Origin: Actinomycetota bacterium
GTDB lineage: Bacteria > Actinomycetota > Acidimicrobiia > IMCC26256 > VFJJ01
Length of the DNA stretch: 47,505 nt
Assembly: GCA_009886115.1 (NCBI GenBank)
Contig: VFJJ01000094.1
Location: 1-47,505, forward strand
Direction: 5' to 3'
This document shows positions 1-9,591 of the stretch, one piece after another (within the stretch, counting starts at the first letter, position 1; every line of letters begins with the position of its first letter). Below the pieces are notes generated by a model. That model searched no databases and had not been told where the DNA came from. It saw nothing but the letters and a program-made list of their open reading frames with translations. The translations under genes and the position numbers were made by a program.

Positions 1-2
1 AG

Positions 3-78
3 TGGAGCCGGAGAGGGGACTCGAACCCCTGACCTGCTCATTACGAGTGAGCTGCTCTACCGACTGAGCTACCCCGGC
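3..78 (-). tRNA. tRNA-Thr(CGT)
   Basis: Reverse complement GCCGGGGTAGCTCAGTCGGTAGAGCAGCTCA-CTCGTAA-TGAGCAGGTCAGGGGTTCGAGTCCCCTCTCCGGCTCCA; anticodon loop CTCGTAA, T-loop GGTTCGA, encoded CCA. Confidence 0.97.
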
Positions 79-151
79 GAATGGGTTTGCCACTCTACCC
101 GCGCCGATGAGGGTCGACGCCGAGTTGAGCACGGCTGATCGCTCGTCTTCA

Positions 152-172
152 GTGGTCATGAGTTGACTAGTG
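152..172. promoter_or_regulatory. Putative operator TGGTCA-N5-TGACTA upstream of modB
   Basis: GTGGTCATGAGTTGACTAGTG; near-identical arms and spacer length recur upstream of modA (2968-2988). Confidence 0.65.
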
Positions 173-185
173 GCATGCTGGAGGC

Positions 186-1049
186 GTGACCCGTCCGGTG
201 CACGAGGGCCTGGATCCAGGATCGGTCGCCGACCGAGCACCGGGCCGAGCGCGCCGGGAACCCCGACAGGGTACGGCGCCGTGGCCGGTCGTCGTGTTGG
301 CCGGGGCCGCCGTGCTGCTGCTCGCTCTTCCGTTGGTCGGGTTGGTGCAGCGCGCGCCGTGGAGCACCCTCGTCGACGAGTTACGGGCACCGGCTGTGCG
401 GACTGCGTTGCGGCTGTCGCTCGTCTGCTCTGTGACGGCGACGGCGCTGGCCCTGGTTCTCGGCGTGCCGTTGGCGTGGGTGCTGGCGCGCACCGAGTTC
501 CGCGGGCGGCGGCTGTTGCGGGCGCTGGTGACGTTGCCGGTCGTGATCCCTCCCGTGGTGGGCGGGGTCGCTCTACTCCAGGCGTTCGGACGACGCGGAC
601 TGCTCGGCCAGGCGCTCGACGACTGGTTCGGGATCCGCTTGGCGTTCACGACGACCGGAGCAGTGATGGCCGCGACGTTCGTCGCGCTCCCGTTCCTCGT
701 GCTCGCCGTCGAGGGCGCGCTGCGTTCGAGCGACACGCGCTTCGAGGACGCCGCCGCGACCCTGGGGGCCGGACGGCTCACGACGTTCTGGCGCGTGACG
801 CTCCCCATCGTCGCTCCCGGGATCGGGGCGGGTGCGGTGCTCGCCTGGGCCCGGGCGTTGGGGGAGTTCGGCGCCACGATCACCTTCGCCGGCAACTCCG
901 AGGGGCGCACGCAGACGGTTCCCCTTGCGGTGTACCAGGCCCTCGAGAGCGGCGACACCGGTGGGGCCGTGGTGTTGAGCCTGGTGCTGCTGGCGATCTC
1001 GTTCGCCGTCCTGGTGGTGCTGCGCGACCGCTGGCTGGGCCAGCTGTGA
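186..1049 (+). CDS. modB: Molybdate ABC transporter permease
   Basis: LPVVIPPVVGG, EDAAATLGA (EAA loop), ARALGEFGATITFAGN. Confidence 0.93.
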   Translation: MTRPVHEGLDPGSVADRAPGRARREPRQGTAPWPVVVLAGAAVLLLALPLVGLVQRAPWSTLVDELRAPAVRTALRLSLVCSVTATALALVLGVPLAWVLARTEFRGRRLLRALVTLPVVIPPVVGGVALLQAFGRRGLLGQALDDWFGIRLAFTTTGAVMAATFVALPFLVLAVEGALRSSDTRFEDAAATLGAGRLTTFWRVTLPIVAPGIGAGAVLAWARALGEFGATITFAGNSEGRTQTVPLAVYQALESGDTGGAVVLSLVLLAISFAVLVVLRDRWLGQL

Positions 1050-2206
1050 CCGACAGCCCCGTGACCGACGAACCCGCGACCGCCACCAGCCCCGTGACCG
1101 ACAGCCCCGTAACCGTGGCCTCCGTCCCCCCCTCCGGCCTCGGGGTGCGCGCCAGGGTCGGCGACGTCAGGGGATCGCTCACGCTGGCCGTCGACCTCGC
1201 AGCGCCGGGCGGCACGCTGGTGGCCGTGCTGGGTCCCAACGGCTCGGGCAAGACCACGCTGTTGCGCTGCCTGGCCGGGCTCCGGGCGATCCGCTCCGGG
1301 TGCGTCGAGATCGACGGGACGGTCGTCGACGATCCCGGGCGAGGCGTGTTCACCCCTCCCGAGCGCCGGTCGGTGGGCTTCGTGTTCCAGGAGCCGCTGT
1401 TGTTCCCGCACCTGTCGGTGCTCGACAACGTCGCGTTCGGGCTGCGCCGGCGCGGGACCCGAACCGGCGACGCTCGCCGACAGGCAGCGGCCTGGCTCGG
1501 GCAGCTCGGAATCGGCGGGCTGGCCACGTCGCGGGCCCGAGAGCTCTCGGGGGGCCAGGCTCAACGGGTGGCGCTGGCCCGAGCCCTGGCCCCCGAGCCC
1601 CGGTTGCTGCTGCTCGACGAGCCGTTCTCGTCGCTCGATGCCGCAGCCCGGCTCGAGATGCGTCGTGCCCTGCGGGGCGCGCTCGACGGGTACACCGGCG
1701 CGACCGTGTTGGTGACCCACGATCCCGTGGAAGCGCTCTCGTTGGCGGATCAGGTCGTGATCCTCGAGGGCGGTGCAGTCATCCAGGCCGACACTCCCTA
1801 CGAGGTCGCTGCGCGGCCCCGATCGACCTGGATCGCGAGTCTGGTCGGCGTCAACCTCTGGCACGGCGTCACCGGGCCCGGCGGCGTCGCGATCGGCCCT
1901 GGATCGCCGACGGTTGTCACAGCCGACAGCGACCGGCTCCCGCCCGGGACCCGGGTGTCGGTCGTGGTCCACCCCCATGCCGTTGCGCTGTACGACGGGC
2001 CGCCGCACGGCACGCCCCGCAACGCTTGGCCGATGACGGTCGTCAGCATCGAGCGTCATGCCAGCCGGGTGCGGGTCGGTCTCGACGGGCCACTGGCCCT
2101 GGTCGCCGAGGTCACGGCCTCGGCCGCCTCGGAGGCCGCGCTGGCCCCCGGGGTCGGGGTCTGGGCCGTCGTCAAGGCCACCGAGGTCGAGATCTTCGAG
2201 GACTGA
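1046..2206 (+). CDS. modC: Molybdate ABC transporter ATP-binding protein with C-terminal TOBE domain
   Basis: GPNGSGKTT, LSGGQAQRVALARAL, LLLLDEP, C-terminal VKATEV; GTGA overlap with modB stop (start inferred). Confidence 0.9.
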   Translation: MTDSPVTDEPATATSPVTDSPVTVASVPPSGLGVRARVGDVRGSLTLAVDLAAPGGTLVAVLGPNGSGKTTLLRCLAGLRAIRSGCVEIDGTVVDDPGRGVFTPPERRSVGFVFQEPLLFPHLSVLDNVAFGLRRRGTRTGDARRQAAAWLGQLGIGGLATSRARELSGGQAQRVALARALAPEPRLLLLDEPFSSLDAAARLEMRRALRGALDGYTGATVLVTHDPVEALSLADQVVILEGGAVIQADTPYEVAARPRSTWIASLVGVNLWHGVTGPGGVAIGPGSPTVVTADSDRLPPGTRVSVVVHPHAVALYDGPPHGTPRNAWPMTVVSIERHASRVRVGLDGPLALVAEVTASAASEAALAPGVGVWAVVKATEVEIFED

Positions 2207-2247
2207 GCGATGACGGGTGACGCGACGATGAGCCGGGAGGGTCGACG

Positions 2248-2814
2248 ATGACGCCGAGACCGAAGACGGAGCCGACGTTGGGCGAGTGGGTCGTCCTCGG
2301 GCTGTTGGCCGACGAGCCCCGCCACGGCTGGGCGTTGGCCCGCGAGCTGGCTCCCGACGGGTCGATCGGGCAGGTGTGGACGCTGTCGCGGCCACTCGTC
2401 TACCGGGCCCTCGACGAGCTGGTCGCCCTGGGCCTCGCCGAAGAGCGCCGGACCGTCGACAGCGACGAGGGTCCTCGGCGCACCATCCACGGGGCGACAC
2501 CCAAGGGGCGCATGGCACTGCGAGCCTGGCTCGACGAGCCCGTCGTCCACCTTCGAGACGTCCGCACCGAGCTGCTCGCGAAGCTGCTGCTCCGCCAACG
2601 CCTGAAGCTCGACGAGCGTGCGTTCCTCGTAGCCCAACGGCGAGCCATCGGTCCCCTCGTGCGCGCCCTCGTCGCTAGCCAGACGGAGGCCACGGGCGGG
2701 CCCGATCTGATCGTCGCCCGATGGCGGGCCGAGGCCGCCGAGACGGCTGTCCGCTTCGTCGACGGTCTCCTCGCCGACATCGCCGCAGCCGATGCCGAGG
2801 GCCGGTCGACGTGA
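2248..2814 (+). CDS. PadR-family transcriptional regulator
   Basis: VLGLLADEPRHGWAL...LVYRALDEL...TPKGRMALRAWL winged-helix pattern. Confidence 0.85.
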   Translation: MTPRPKTEPTLGEWVVLGLLADEPRHGWALARELAPDGSIGQVWTLSRPLVYRALDELVALGLAEERRTVDSDEGPRRTIHGATPKGRMALRAWLDEPVVHLRDVRTELLAKLLLRQRLKLDERAFLVAQRRAIGPLVRALVASQTEATGGPDLIVARWRAEAAETAVRFVDGLLADIAAADAEGRST

Positions 2815-2967
2815 AGACCGAGGCCGGAGGCACGGGCCGGACCGGGGGCAAAGGCGAAGGCACGGGCGAGGAACACCCTCGCTGAACGAGGCGCCACCAC
2901 CGGTGCCGAGATCGCCGGATCGAGACTGGACGGGTCGCTCACCCATCGGCGGGCCGACCGGTCGCGG

Positions 2968-2988
2968 GTAGTCACTCCTTGACTAGTG
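2968..2988. promoter_or_regulatory. Putative operator TAGTCA-N5-TGACTA overlapping a candidate -10 (TAGTGT) of modA
   Basis: GTAGTCACTCCTTGACTAGTG with perfect 6-bp inverted arms; TAGTGT at 2984-2989 lies 6 nt before ATG 2996. Confidence 0.7.
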
Positions 2989-2995
2989 TCGGGAG

Positions 2996-3856
2996 ATGCC
3001 GCGTTCTCGATCGCCAGGAGCCACCCGGCCGAACCCCCGCCGTCGCCGGCCGAGGCTCGGGCTGGGGCTGGGGGTCGCGCTCGTCGTCGCCATGGCGCCC
3101 ATCCTCGCGGCGTGCTCGTCCGACGACGACACCGACTCGACCGCGACCGGCGCGGGCGCCACCGGCACGGCCTTGGAGGGCACGCTCTCGGTGTATGCCG
3201 CGTCGTCGCTCACCGACGTGCTCACGTCGCTGTCGGCTGGCTTCGAGGAGCTCCACCCCGCCACCACCGTCGAGCTCACGTTCAACGGGTCGTCGGCGTT
3301 GGTGACCCAGATCTCCGAGGGGGCACCGGCTGACGTGCTCGCCACCGCCGACACCGAGTCGATGACCCGAGCCGTCGATGCCGGCCTGGTCACCGGACCG
3401 GCGACGATCTTCGCGGGGAACCGCCTCAGCATGGTCGTCGGCACCGGAAACCCCTTGGGGATCATCGACCTCGCCGACTTGGCCCGCGATGACGTCGTGA
3501 CGGTGCTGTGCGCAAGCGACGTCCCCTGTGGCCGCTACGCCGAGGCTGCGCTCGCCAACGCCGGGGTCACCGTCGAGGCCCGCTCACGCGAGCTCAACGT
3601 CAAGGCGGTGGTGTCGCGGGTGTCGCTCGGGGAGGCCGACGCGGGAATCGTCTACGTGACCGACGTCATCGCCGACGACAACGTCGAAGGCGTTGCCATC
3701 ACCGATGCCCACAACGTCGAGGCCGAGTATCCCGTCGCCGTGCGCAGCGACAGCTCGCAGACGGCGCTCGCCTCGGCGTTCGTCGACTTCCTGCTCTCCG
3801 CCCAGGGCCAGGCCGAGCTGACGACCGCCGGCTTCCTCGGCGTGTCGCAACCCTGA
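2996..3856 (+). CDS. modA: Molybdate ABC transporter substrate-binding lipoprotein
   Basis: Lipobox LAAC, YAASSL, GSSAL, VPCGRYA, EADAGIVYVTD. Confidence 0.93.
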   Translation: MPRSRSPGATRPNPRRRRPRLGLGLGVALVVAMAPILAACSSDDDTDSTATGAGATGTALEGTLSVYAASSLTDVLTSLSAGFEELHPATTVELTFNGSSALVTQISEGAPADVLATADTESMTRAVDAGLVTGPATIFAGNRLSMVVGTGNPLGIIDLADLARDDVVTVLCASDVPCGRYAEAALANAGVTVEARSRELNVKAVVSRVSLGEADAGIVYVTDVIADDNVEGVAITDAHNVEAEYPVAVRSDSSQTALASAFVDFLLSAQGQAELTTAGFLGVSQP

Positions 3857-3894
3857 CCCAACCCCGACCCGACCCGACCCGACCAGCCCGAAAC

Positions 3895-3933
3895 CTGCGC
3901 GGAAATGCTCACGGGGTGAGCATTTCCGCGCAG
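3895..3933. terminator. Perfect 18-bp inverted repeat between convergent genes (bidirectional terminator or REP-like element)
   Basis: CTGCGCGGAAATGCTCAC-ggg-GTGAGCATTTCCGCGCAG, preceded by (CCCGA)x4. Confidence 0.6.
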
Positions 3934-3952
3934 ATTTGGAGTTGGGGGTGGG

Positions 3953-5185
3953 TCAGCTGCGGGGGATGTCGCGCCAGGGTCGATCGCGATCGGCTGTGGG
4001 CTCGCGAGGAAGGCCCAGGGCCCTCTCGGCCAGGTTGTTGCGCTGCACCTCGTTGGTGCCACCGCCGATGGAGACCCCGTAGCGGCTCAACAGCTCCGAC
4101 TGGATCCACGCGCCGCGCTCATCGCTCGAGATCAGCCCGGCCGGGCCCGCAATAGCCATGGCCAGGTTGCCCGACAGCACCCGGTTCCCCGCCACCGCCA
4201 ACTTGAGGATCGACGGATCGACCGGGGGTGTCTCCCGGCGGCGCACCGCGGCCATGATGCGCTCGCTCATCATCGCCAGCACCCGTTCGTGGCAATGGAG
4301 CCGGGCCAGATCCTGACGGGTCACCGGATCGCCGTCGACGCCGTAGAGCCGGGCCAGCATCATCAACCGCTCACTGGTCGAACCGCCACCGCTACCGCCG
4401 ATGAACGCCGACTCGTTCGACATCACCGTGCGCGCCGGCACCCATCCTTCGTCGATCTGACCGAGCACCCGAGACACGGGGACGCGGACCTCGCTGAGGA
4501 AGACCTCGTTGAAGTGCGACGCCCCGGTTGCCTGGACGAGCGGTCGCACCTCGATCCCGGGGCTGTCCATGTCGACGAGCAGGAACGTGATCCCGTGGTG
4601 CTTGGGCATGTCGGGGTTGGTGCGCACGAGCAGCATCCCCCGATCGCAGAACTGGGCGGCCGAGTTCCAGACCTTCTGCCCGGTGACCACGAACTCGTCA
4701 CCGTCGCGTTCGGCCTTACATGCCAGGCCAGCCAGGTCGGAGCCCGAGCCGGGCTCGCTGAAGAGCTGGCACCATGCGTCGTCGCCCGACAACAACCTCG
4801 GGACGTACTCCTGCTGCTGGGCTTCGGTGCCGTGGCGCATGAGCGTCGGCCCGAGCATCGCCAGCGTGGCGGCGATGAACCCCGACGACGCGTCGAAGTG
4901 ATCGGCTTCCTCGCGGTAGATGGACTCGTGCCACGAGGTTCCGCCACGGCCCCCGAGCTCCCGGGGATAGGTGAGCCCGGCGAAGCGGTGGTCGAACAGC
5001 GTCCGCTGCCACGACCGCCCGAGCTCGAAGTGTCGGCGGCCCTCCTCCTCGCTGGTGTGGAAGTTCACGGCCCACGGGCTCGATTCCCGCTTCGCCGCCG
5101 CGTTGGCTTCGAGGAACGCCCGCGCCTCGGCCCGGAACGCGGCCTGCTCCTCGGTGTCGACGGGATGCTCGTGAGCGACGACCAC
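3953..5185 (-). CDS. Acyl-CoA dehydrogenase
   Basis: WCQLFSEPGSGSDLA, GQKVWNS, FNEVFL, IGGGTNEVQRN; GTG start after CAGGAG. Confidence 0.92.
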   Translation of the reverse strand: MVVAHEHPVDTEEQAAFRAEARAFLEANAAAKRESSPWAVNFHTSEEEGRRHFELGRSWQRTLFDHRFAGLTYPRELGGRGGTSWHESIYREEADHFDASSGFIAATLAMLGPTLMRHGTEAQQQEYVPRLLSGDDAWCQLFSEPGSGSDLAGLACKAERDGDEFVVTGQKVWNSAAQFCDRGMLLVRTNPDMPKHHGITFLLVDMDSPGIEVRPLVQATGASHFNEVFLSEVRVPVSRVLGQIDEGWVPARTVMSNESAFIGGSGGGSTSERLMMLARLYGVDGDPVTRQDLARLHCHERVLAMMSERIMAAVRRRETPPVDPSILKLAVAGNRVLSGNLAMAIAGPAGLISSDERGAWIQSELLSRYGVSIGGGTNEVQRNNLAERALGLPREPTADRDRPWRDIPRS

Positions 5186-5268
5186 GGTTGACGTCTCCTG
5201 GGGGGCTGGGCTTGCCGGCGGGCGCGAGGCTCGCAGGATCTCGCAGGATCTCGCAGGAAGCGGGGCTC

Positions 5269-6048
5269 TCAGTATGCAGTGAGACCGCCGTCGGCATGGA
5301 ACACCGTGCCGGTGACCAGTCTCGACTCGTCGGACGCCAGGAACGCCACGATGCCCGCGAGCTCCTCGGGCGTGCCGAGCGCGAACGGATGGTCGTCGAA
5401 ACCCATGGCGCTCGCTGCCTCGTTGCGACCGTCGGGCCCGGTGCGCTCGGCGACCAGAGCCTTGACCCGATCGGTGAGGACGGTCCCGGGCACGATCGCG
5501 TTGGCCCGGATGCCGTCGCGCCAGTAGTGCCCGGCGATCGACCGGGTGAACGCGATCACGCCTCCCTTGGCCGCCGAGTACAGGTGCATGGGCAGACTCC
5601 CGAGGACGGCGCCGATCGAAGCGATGGTGATGATCGAGCCGCCACCCGTGGCGGCCATCAGGGGGATGGTCGCCCTGACCGTCAGAATCGTTCCCAGGAG
5701 GTTCCGCTCGATCGTGGGGGCCCACAGCGCAAGGTCGACATCGGTCACCGGAGCGTCGCCCGGAAGCGAGCCCCCTGCGCACGCGAACACGACGTCGAGA
5801 CGGCCGTAGCTCTCGAGCGTGATGTCGACGGCCCGGGCCAACGCGTCGACGGATGCCGCGTCGGCGACCACCCCGACAGCCTGCGCACCGGTGCCCCTGA
5901 TGGTGGCGGCCGTCGTCTCGCCCGAGGCCGGGTCGATGTCGACGACCACCACGTGTGCGCCCTCGGCAGCGAAACGCGACGCACTGGCTCGCCCGATCCC
6001 CGATCCGGCGCCGGTGACGAGCGCCACCTTGCCGTCCAGACGCCCCAT
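5269..6048 (-). CDS. Short-chain dehydrogenase/reductase
   Basis: TGAGSGIG, YSAAK catalytic motif, IRANAIVPG. Confidence 0.92.
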   Translation of the reverse strand: MGRLDGKVALVTGAGSGIGRASASRFAAEGAHVVVVDIDPASGETTAATIRGTGAQAVGVVADAASVDALARAVDITLESYGRLDVVFACAGGSLPGDAPVTDVDLALWAPTIERNLLGTILTVRATIPLMAATGGGSIITIASIGAVLGSLPMHLYSAAKGGVIAFTRSIAGHYWRDGIRANAIVPGTVLTDRVKALVAERTGPDGRNEAASAMGFDDHPFALGTPEELAGIVAFLASDESRLVTGTVFHADGGLTAY

Positions 6049-6151
6049 GGATCCCCCTCGTGGCCAGGCGCGGAACCCGGGTCGATCGGAGACGTCGGAC
6101 GAGAGCCCGCCGTCACCGACGAAGCCTGGCACGAACCGGTAAGGTCCCACC

Positions 6152-6607
6152 ATGAGCGACAAGATCCGCGAGGTGTCGGTGAGCCGGCAGATCGCCGCAC
6201 CGGCCGAGACGATCTTCAACATCTTGGCAAGTCCCAAGCGCCATCCCGACTTCGACGGCTCGGGCACCGTCAAGCAGTCGACGTTCGGCCCCGACCGTCT
6301 GGCCCTGGGCGAGAAGTTCGGTATGAAGATGCGCATCGGCCTGCCGTACCGGATCGGCAACACCGTGGTGGAGTTCGAAGAGGGGCGTCGCATCGCCTGG
6401 GCGCACTTCGGCAAGCACCGCTGGCGGTACGTCCTCGAGCCGACCGACGGCGCCACCGTGGTGACCGAGACCTTCGACTGGTCGGGTGCCCGGTCGCCGA
6501 GGTTCATCGAGCTCATGGGGTACCCGAAGAAGCACCCCGCGGCCATGGAGAAGAGCCTGGAGCGTCTCGAGGCTCTCGTCACCGGCTCGGGTTCCGGCGC
6601 CGGCTGA
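6152..6607 (+). CDS. SRPBCC (polyketide cyclase-like) family protein
   Basis: VSRQIAAPAETIF...HPDFDGSGTV...VVEFEEGRRIAW...VTETFDWS. Confidence 0.8.
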   Translation: MSDKIREVSVSRQIAAPAETIFNILASPKRHPDFDGSGTVKQSTFGPDRLALGEKFGMKMRIGLPYRIGNTVVEFEEGRRIAWAHFGKHRWRYVLEPTDGATVVTETFDWSGARSPRFIELMGYPKKHPAAMEKSLERLEALVTGSGSGAG

Positions 6608-6633
6608 CGCGTCGAGTCGATCGCACCAGTCTC

Positions 6634-7680
6634 GTGACCTCCGCCTCCACCGGCTCGCGCTCGCAGGGCCGGCGCGCGGTCTCGGTGCCGGGGCTCGGCG
6701 TGCTGGCGGTCGGGCTCGTGGTCACTGCGCCCGTGTGGATTCCCGTGACCCTGCTCGTCGACCTCGTCACCGCCCCTCGGCGTCTTCCCCGCCTCCGGAT
6801 GATGGCGTTCGCTGTCATGTGGGCCTGGATCGAGCTCGCCGGTGTCGCCGTGGCCGGGCTGCTCTGGGCGACCGGTCGCAGCACACGCCTGCGACCCCAC
6901 GTCCGGCTCCAGCACTGGTGGGCCCGTCGGGTCAGTCGAGCGTTGGAGCAGACCGTCGGCCTCCGCGTCGTGGTCGATCATCCCGAGCTCCTGCATCCCG
7001 GCCCCATCGTGGTGCTGGCCCGGCACGCCAGCCTCGCCGACTCGCTGGTGTCGGCGCGGCTCCTGCTCGACGAGGGGTTCGTGCCCCGCTACGTGCTCAA
7101 GCGCGAGCTGGCTCTCGACCCCTGCCTCGACATCGTGGGCCATCGTCTCCCGAACCACTTCCTCGATCGATCGGCAAGCGACAGCGGGCCCGAGCTGGCG
7201 GCGCTCACGGCGCTGGCGACCGGGATGGGGCCCGAGGACGCAACGGTGATCTTCCCCGAAGGAACTCGAGCCAACGACGCCAAGCGGGCCCGGGGGCTCG
7301 CCCGAATCGCCGAACGCGATCCCGCCCGGGCCGAGCGCCTCAGCGCCCTTCGACGGCTGATGCCCGTCCGGCTCGCCGGTACCCGGGCCATCCTCGCCGG
7401 CGCCCCCACCGCCGACGTCGTCATGCTCGGGCACGTCGGTTTCGAGGGCCTCGACAGCTTCGGCGGTGCGCTGCGGCGGGTGCCGCTTCGTCACCCCGTG
7501 GAGGTGACCGTCCGCCGAATCTCACGGGAGCAGGTCCCGTCCGACCCGGACGCGCTCGTCGGGTGGCTCGACGGCCACTGGCTGGATCTCGACACCTGGG
7601 TCGACGCTCGACTCGGGCACCGCGCGTCAGCGACGGGATCGGCAGCGTCCGGATCGTCCCCGACGGGATCGCGACGCTGA
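6634..7680 (+). CDS. PlsC-like phospholipid acyltransferase
   Basis: HASLAD (HX4D), IFPEGTR, N-terminal hydrophobic segments; start approximate. Confidence 0.8.
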   Translation: MTSASTGSRSQGRRAVSVPGLGVLAVGLVVTAPVWIPVTLLVDLVTAPRRLPRLRMMAFAVMWAWIELAGVAVAGLLWATGRSTRLRPHVRLQHWWARRVSRALEQTVGLRVVVDHPELLHPGPIVVLARHASLADSLVSARLLLDEGFVPRYVLKRELALDPCLDIVGHRLPNHFLDRSASDSGPELAALTALATGMGPEDATVIFPEGTRANDAKRARGLARIAERDPARAERLSALRRLMPVRLAGTRAILAGAPTADVVMLGHVGFEGLDSFGGALRRVPLRHPVEVTVRRISREQVPSDPDALVGWLDGHWLDLDTWVDARLGHRASATGSAASGSSPTGSRR

Positions 7681-7764
7681 GGGACACGGGCGGCCGATGG
7701 GCGCGCACGGGATCCGTGGGACCAGAATGACCACGACGGCCGTTTCCTCCACTACGGAGCGCGG

Positions 7765-9591
7765 TTGCACGGCTCTCTCCAACGACGCTTCGAAGCCACT
7801 GTGACCCCTCGCCGCACCCCACATCCGCTGCTCGCCGGACCCTCGTCGCCCCTGACGGACGCCGAGGCCATCGCCCTGGCTCGCGACGGCGACCGGGGGG
7901 CGTTCGGTGTGCTCTACGAGCGCCATCATCGAGCCGCTCGCCGGCTCGCCCACACGCTGTTCGCCGACGCGGCCCGAGCCGACGACGCGGTGGCCGAGGC
8001 CTTCGCCCGGGTTCGAGCGGAGCTGCGCCACGGGGGCGGGCCGAGCGAGGCCTTCAGGGCGTCGCTCGTGACCGCCCTTCGAGCCGTGGCCGACGAGCGC
8101 TCGACGCTCACCAAGGCCGATGCCGGCGATGCCGGGGGAGCGGCCGCCGAGACGTCCGAGACGTCCGAGACGAGCCGTCGGACGGGTTTCGAGGTCGAGC
8201 TCCTCAGGCGCGCCTTCGCCCGGCTCCCCGAGCGGTCGCAGGCGGTCTTGTGGCACACCGAGCTCGACGACACGACGACGCGCGAGCTCTCAGCGATGCT
8301 CGGGACAACCGAAGACGAGCTGGGGACGCTCATCGACCAGGCCCGCCGGGAGCTCCGCCAAGCCCAGCTCCTGCTGTACGCCGGCTCCACGTCGGTCGGG
8401 GCGTGTCGGGACTGCGCGGAGCATCTGGGCGCCTACACGAGCCACGATCTGCGTTGGCGAAGGCGTCGACGCGTGCGCGACCACCTCGAGGGCTGCCACC
8501 GGTGCGCATCGGTGCACGCCTCGCTCGTCGACTTCGCGCCAGCACTCAGTGCGTCGATGTTCCCGGGAATCGACGGGCCGGCAGCCCTCGGCCGGTCGCG
8601 GCCGGGAGGCATGCGCGTTCCCGGCCTGGCAGCTCGCGCTGGCGTCGACGCTCGAGCGAGAAACCGTACCGCCGCCGCGGTTGTCGCGATCGTCGTCGTG
8701 GTCATCGCCGCCGTCCTCGTCATCGCCCGTTCGGACGATCCTCGAGGCGACCCGGGCCTGGCGGTCGCGACCACGTCCGCCGGCCCGGTCGAGGGCGCTC
8801 CGGTCGACGGGTTGGCCAGCACAACCAGCGCCAGCAGCGCCGCGACCGCCGTGCCGTCCGCTGATGCGACCACGCGGGCGAGCGCGACGACCATCCGCCC
8901 GACCTCGACCGCGGCGACCGTCTCGACCACCTCGTCTGCTTCGCGCCCGGAGGCTCCGGCGACCACTCTGGCGACCGTCCGACCCGTCACCGTCACGCCC
9001 CCGCGGTCGACTTCGACCACGAGAGCGCCCGAGCCGGGCACGACCGTCGTCCCGACGCCGAGCACGACCGAAGCTCCGGTCCCGACGGCGGGTCCTACCA
9101 CACGACCAACGGCGGCACCGACCACCGCCTCGACAGCGGCGCCCACCCCGACCAGCGCGGCCGCTCCCGACCTCTCCGGTGACGTCGGCGTCGCGTCCCC
9201 GCTGTTCGCGGGGCGCCAGGGCACCTTGAGCGCCACGCTCGGCAACCCCGGCCCCGGTGTCGTCGAAAGCCTCGAGATCACCATCGAGGTTCCGGCGGTC
9301 TTCACGATCCTCGGCGCCAGCCTCGCCGATGCCGCCGGGGCCTGCACGACGACAGCGGCCGTCGCCGCATGCTCGGTCCCTGTCGTGGGCCCCGGCTCGA
9401 CGGTCATGGTGCAGCTCGACATCGCCGTGTCCCCCGCCGCCGGTCGATCGGTCGAGATCGTGATGGCGTGGAGCGCCACCGACGGCGGCGTTCCCGGAGC
9501 GGTTGGCAGCACCGTGATCCGCGTCACGATCGTTCCGACCTGCGGGTCGGGGAAGGTCCCTCCCGGGCCTCCGGAGAGCTGCCAGCCATGA
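7765..9591 (+). CDS. ECF sigma factor fused to zinc anti-sigma motif, TM helix, Thr/Pro linker and Ig-like C-terminal domain
   Basis: Region 2 (GDRGAFGVLYERH...DDAVAEAF), region 4 (AFARLPERSQAVLW), HLEGCHRC, hydrophobic AVVAIVVVVIAAVLVI; start uncertain. Confidence 0.8.
   Translation: MHGSLQRRFEATVTPRRTPHPLLAGPSSPLTDAEAIALARDGDRGAFGVLYERHHRAARRLAHTLFADAARADDAVAEAFARVRAELRHGGGPSEAFRASLVTALRAVADERSTLTKADAGDAGGAAAETSETSETSRRTGFEVELLRRAFARLPERSQAVLWHTELDDTTTRELSAMLGTTEDELGTLIDQARRELRQAQLLLYAGSTSVGACRDCAEHLGAYTSHDLRWRRRRRVRDHLEGCHRCASVHASLVDFAPALSASMFPGIDGPAALGRSRPGGMRVPGLAARAGVDARARNRTAAAVVAIVVVVIAAVLVIARSDDPRGDPGLAVATTSAGPVEGAPVDGLASTTSASSAATAVPSADATTRASATTIRPTSTAATVSTTSSASRPEAPATTLATVRPVTVTPPRSTSTTRAPEPGTTVVPTPSTTEAPVPTAGPTTRPTAAPTTASTAAPTPTSAAAPDLSGDVGVASPLFAGRQGTLSATLGNPGPGVVESLEITIEVPAVFTILGASLADAAGACTTTAAVAACSVPVVGPGSTVMVQLDIAVSPAAGRSVEIVMAWSATDGGVPGAVGSTVIRVTIVPTCGSGKVPPGPPESCQP

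Noticed and set aside
79..185. Moco riboswitch upstream of the mod genes
   Set aside because: Leaders are short and I could not recognise the conserved fold; an Rfam scan would settle it
167..2518. Long antisense and alternate-frame ORFs here and throughout (e.g. 5269-7494, 8433-10235, 23609-25582, 35683-37710)
   Set aside because: Shadow ORFs expected at this GC content; Arg/Pro-rich, motif-free and overlapping well-supported genes
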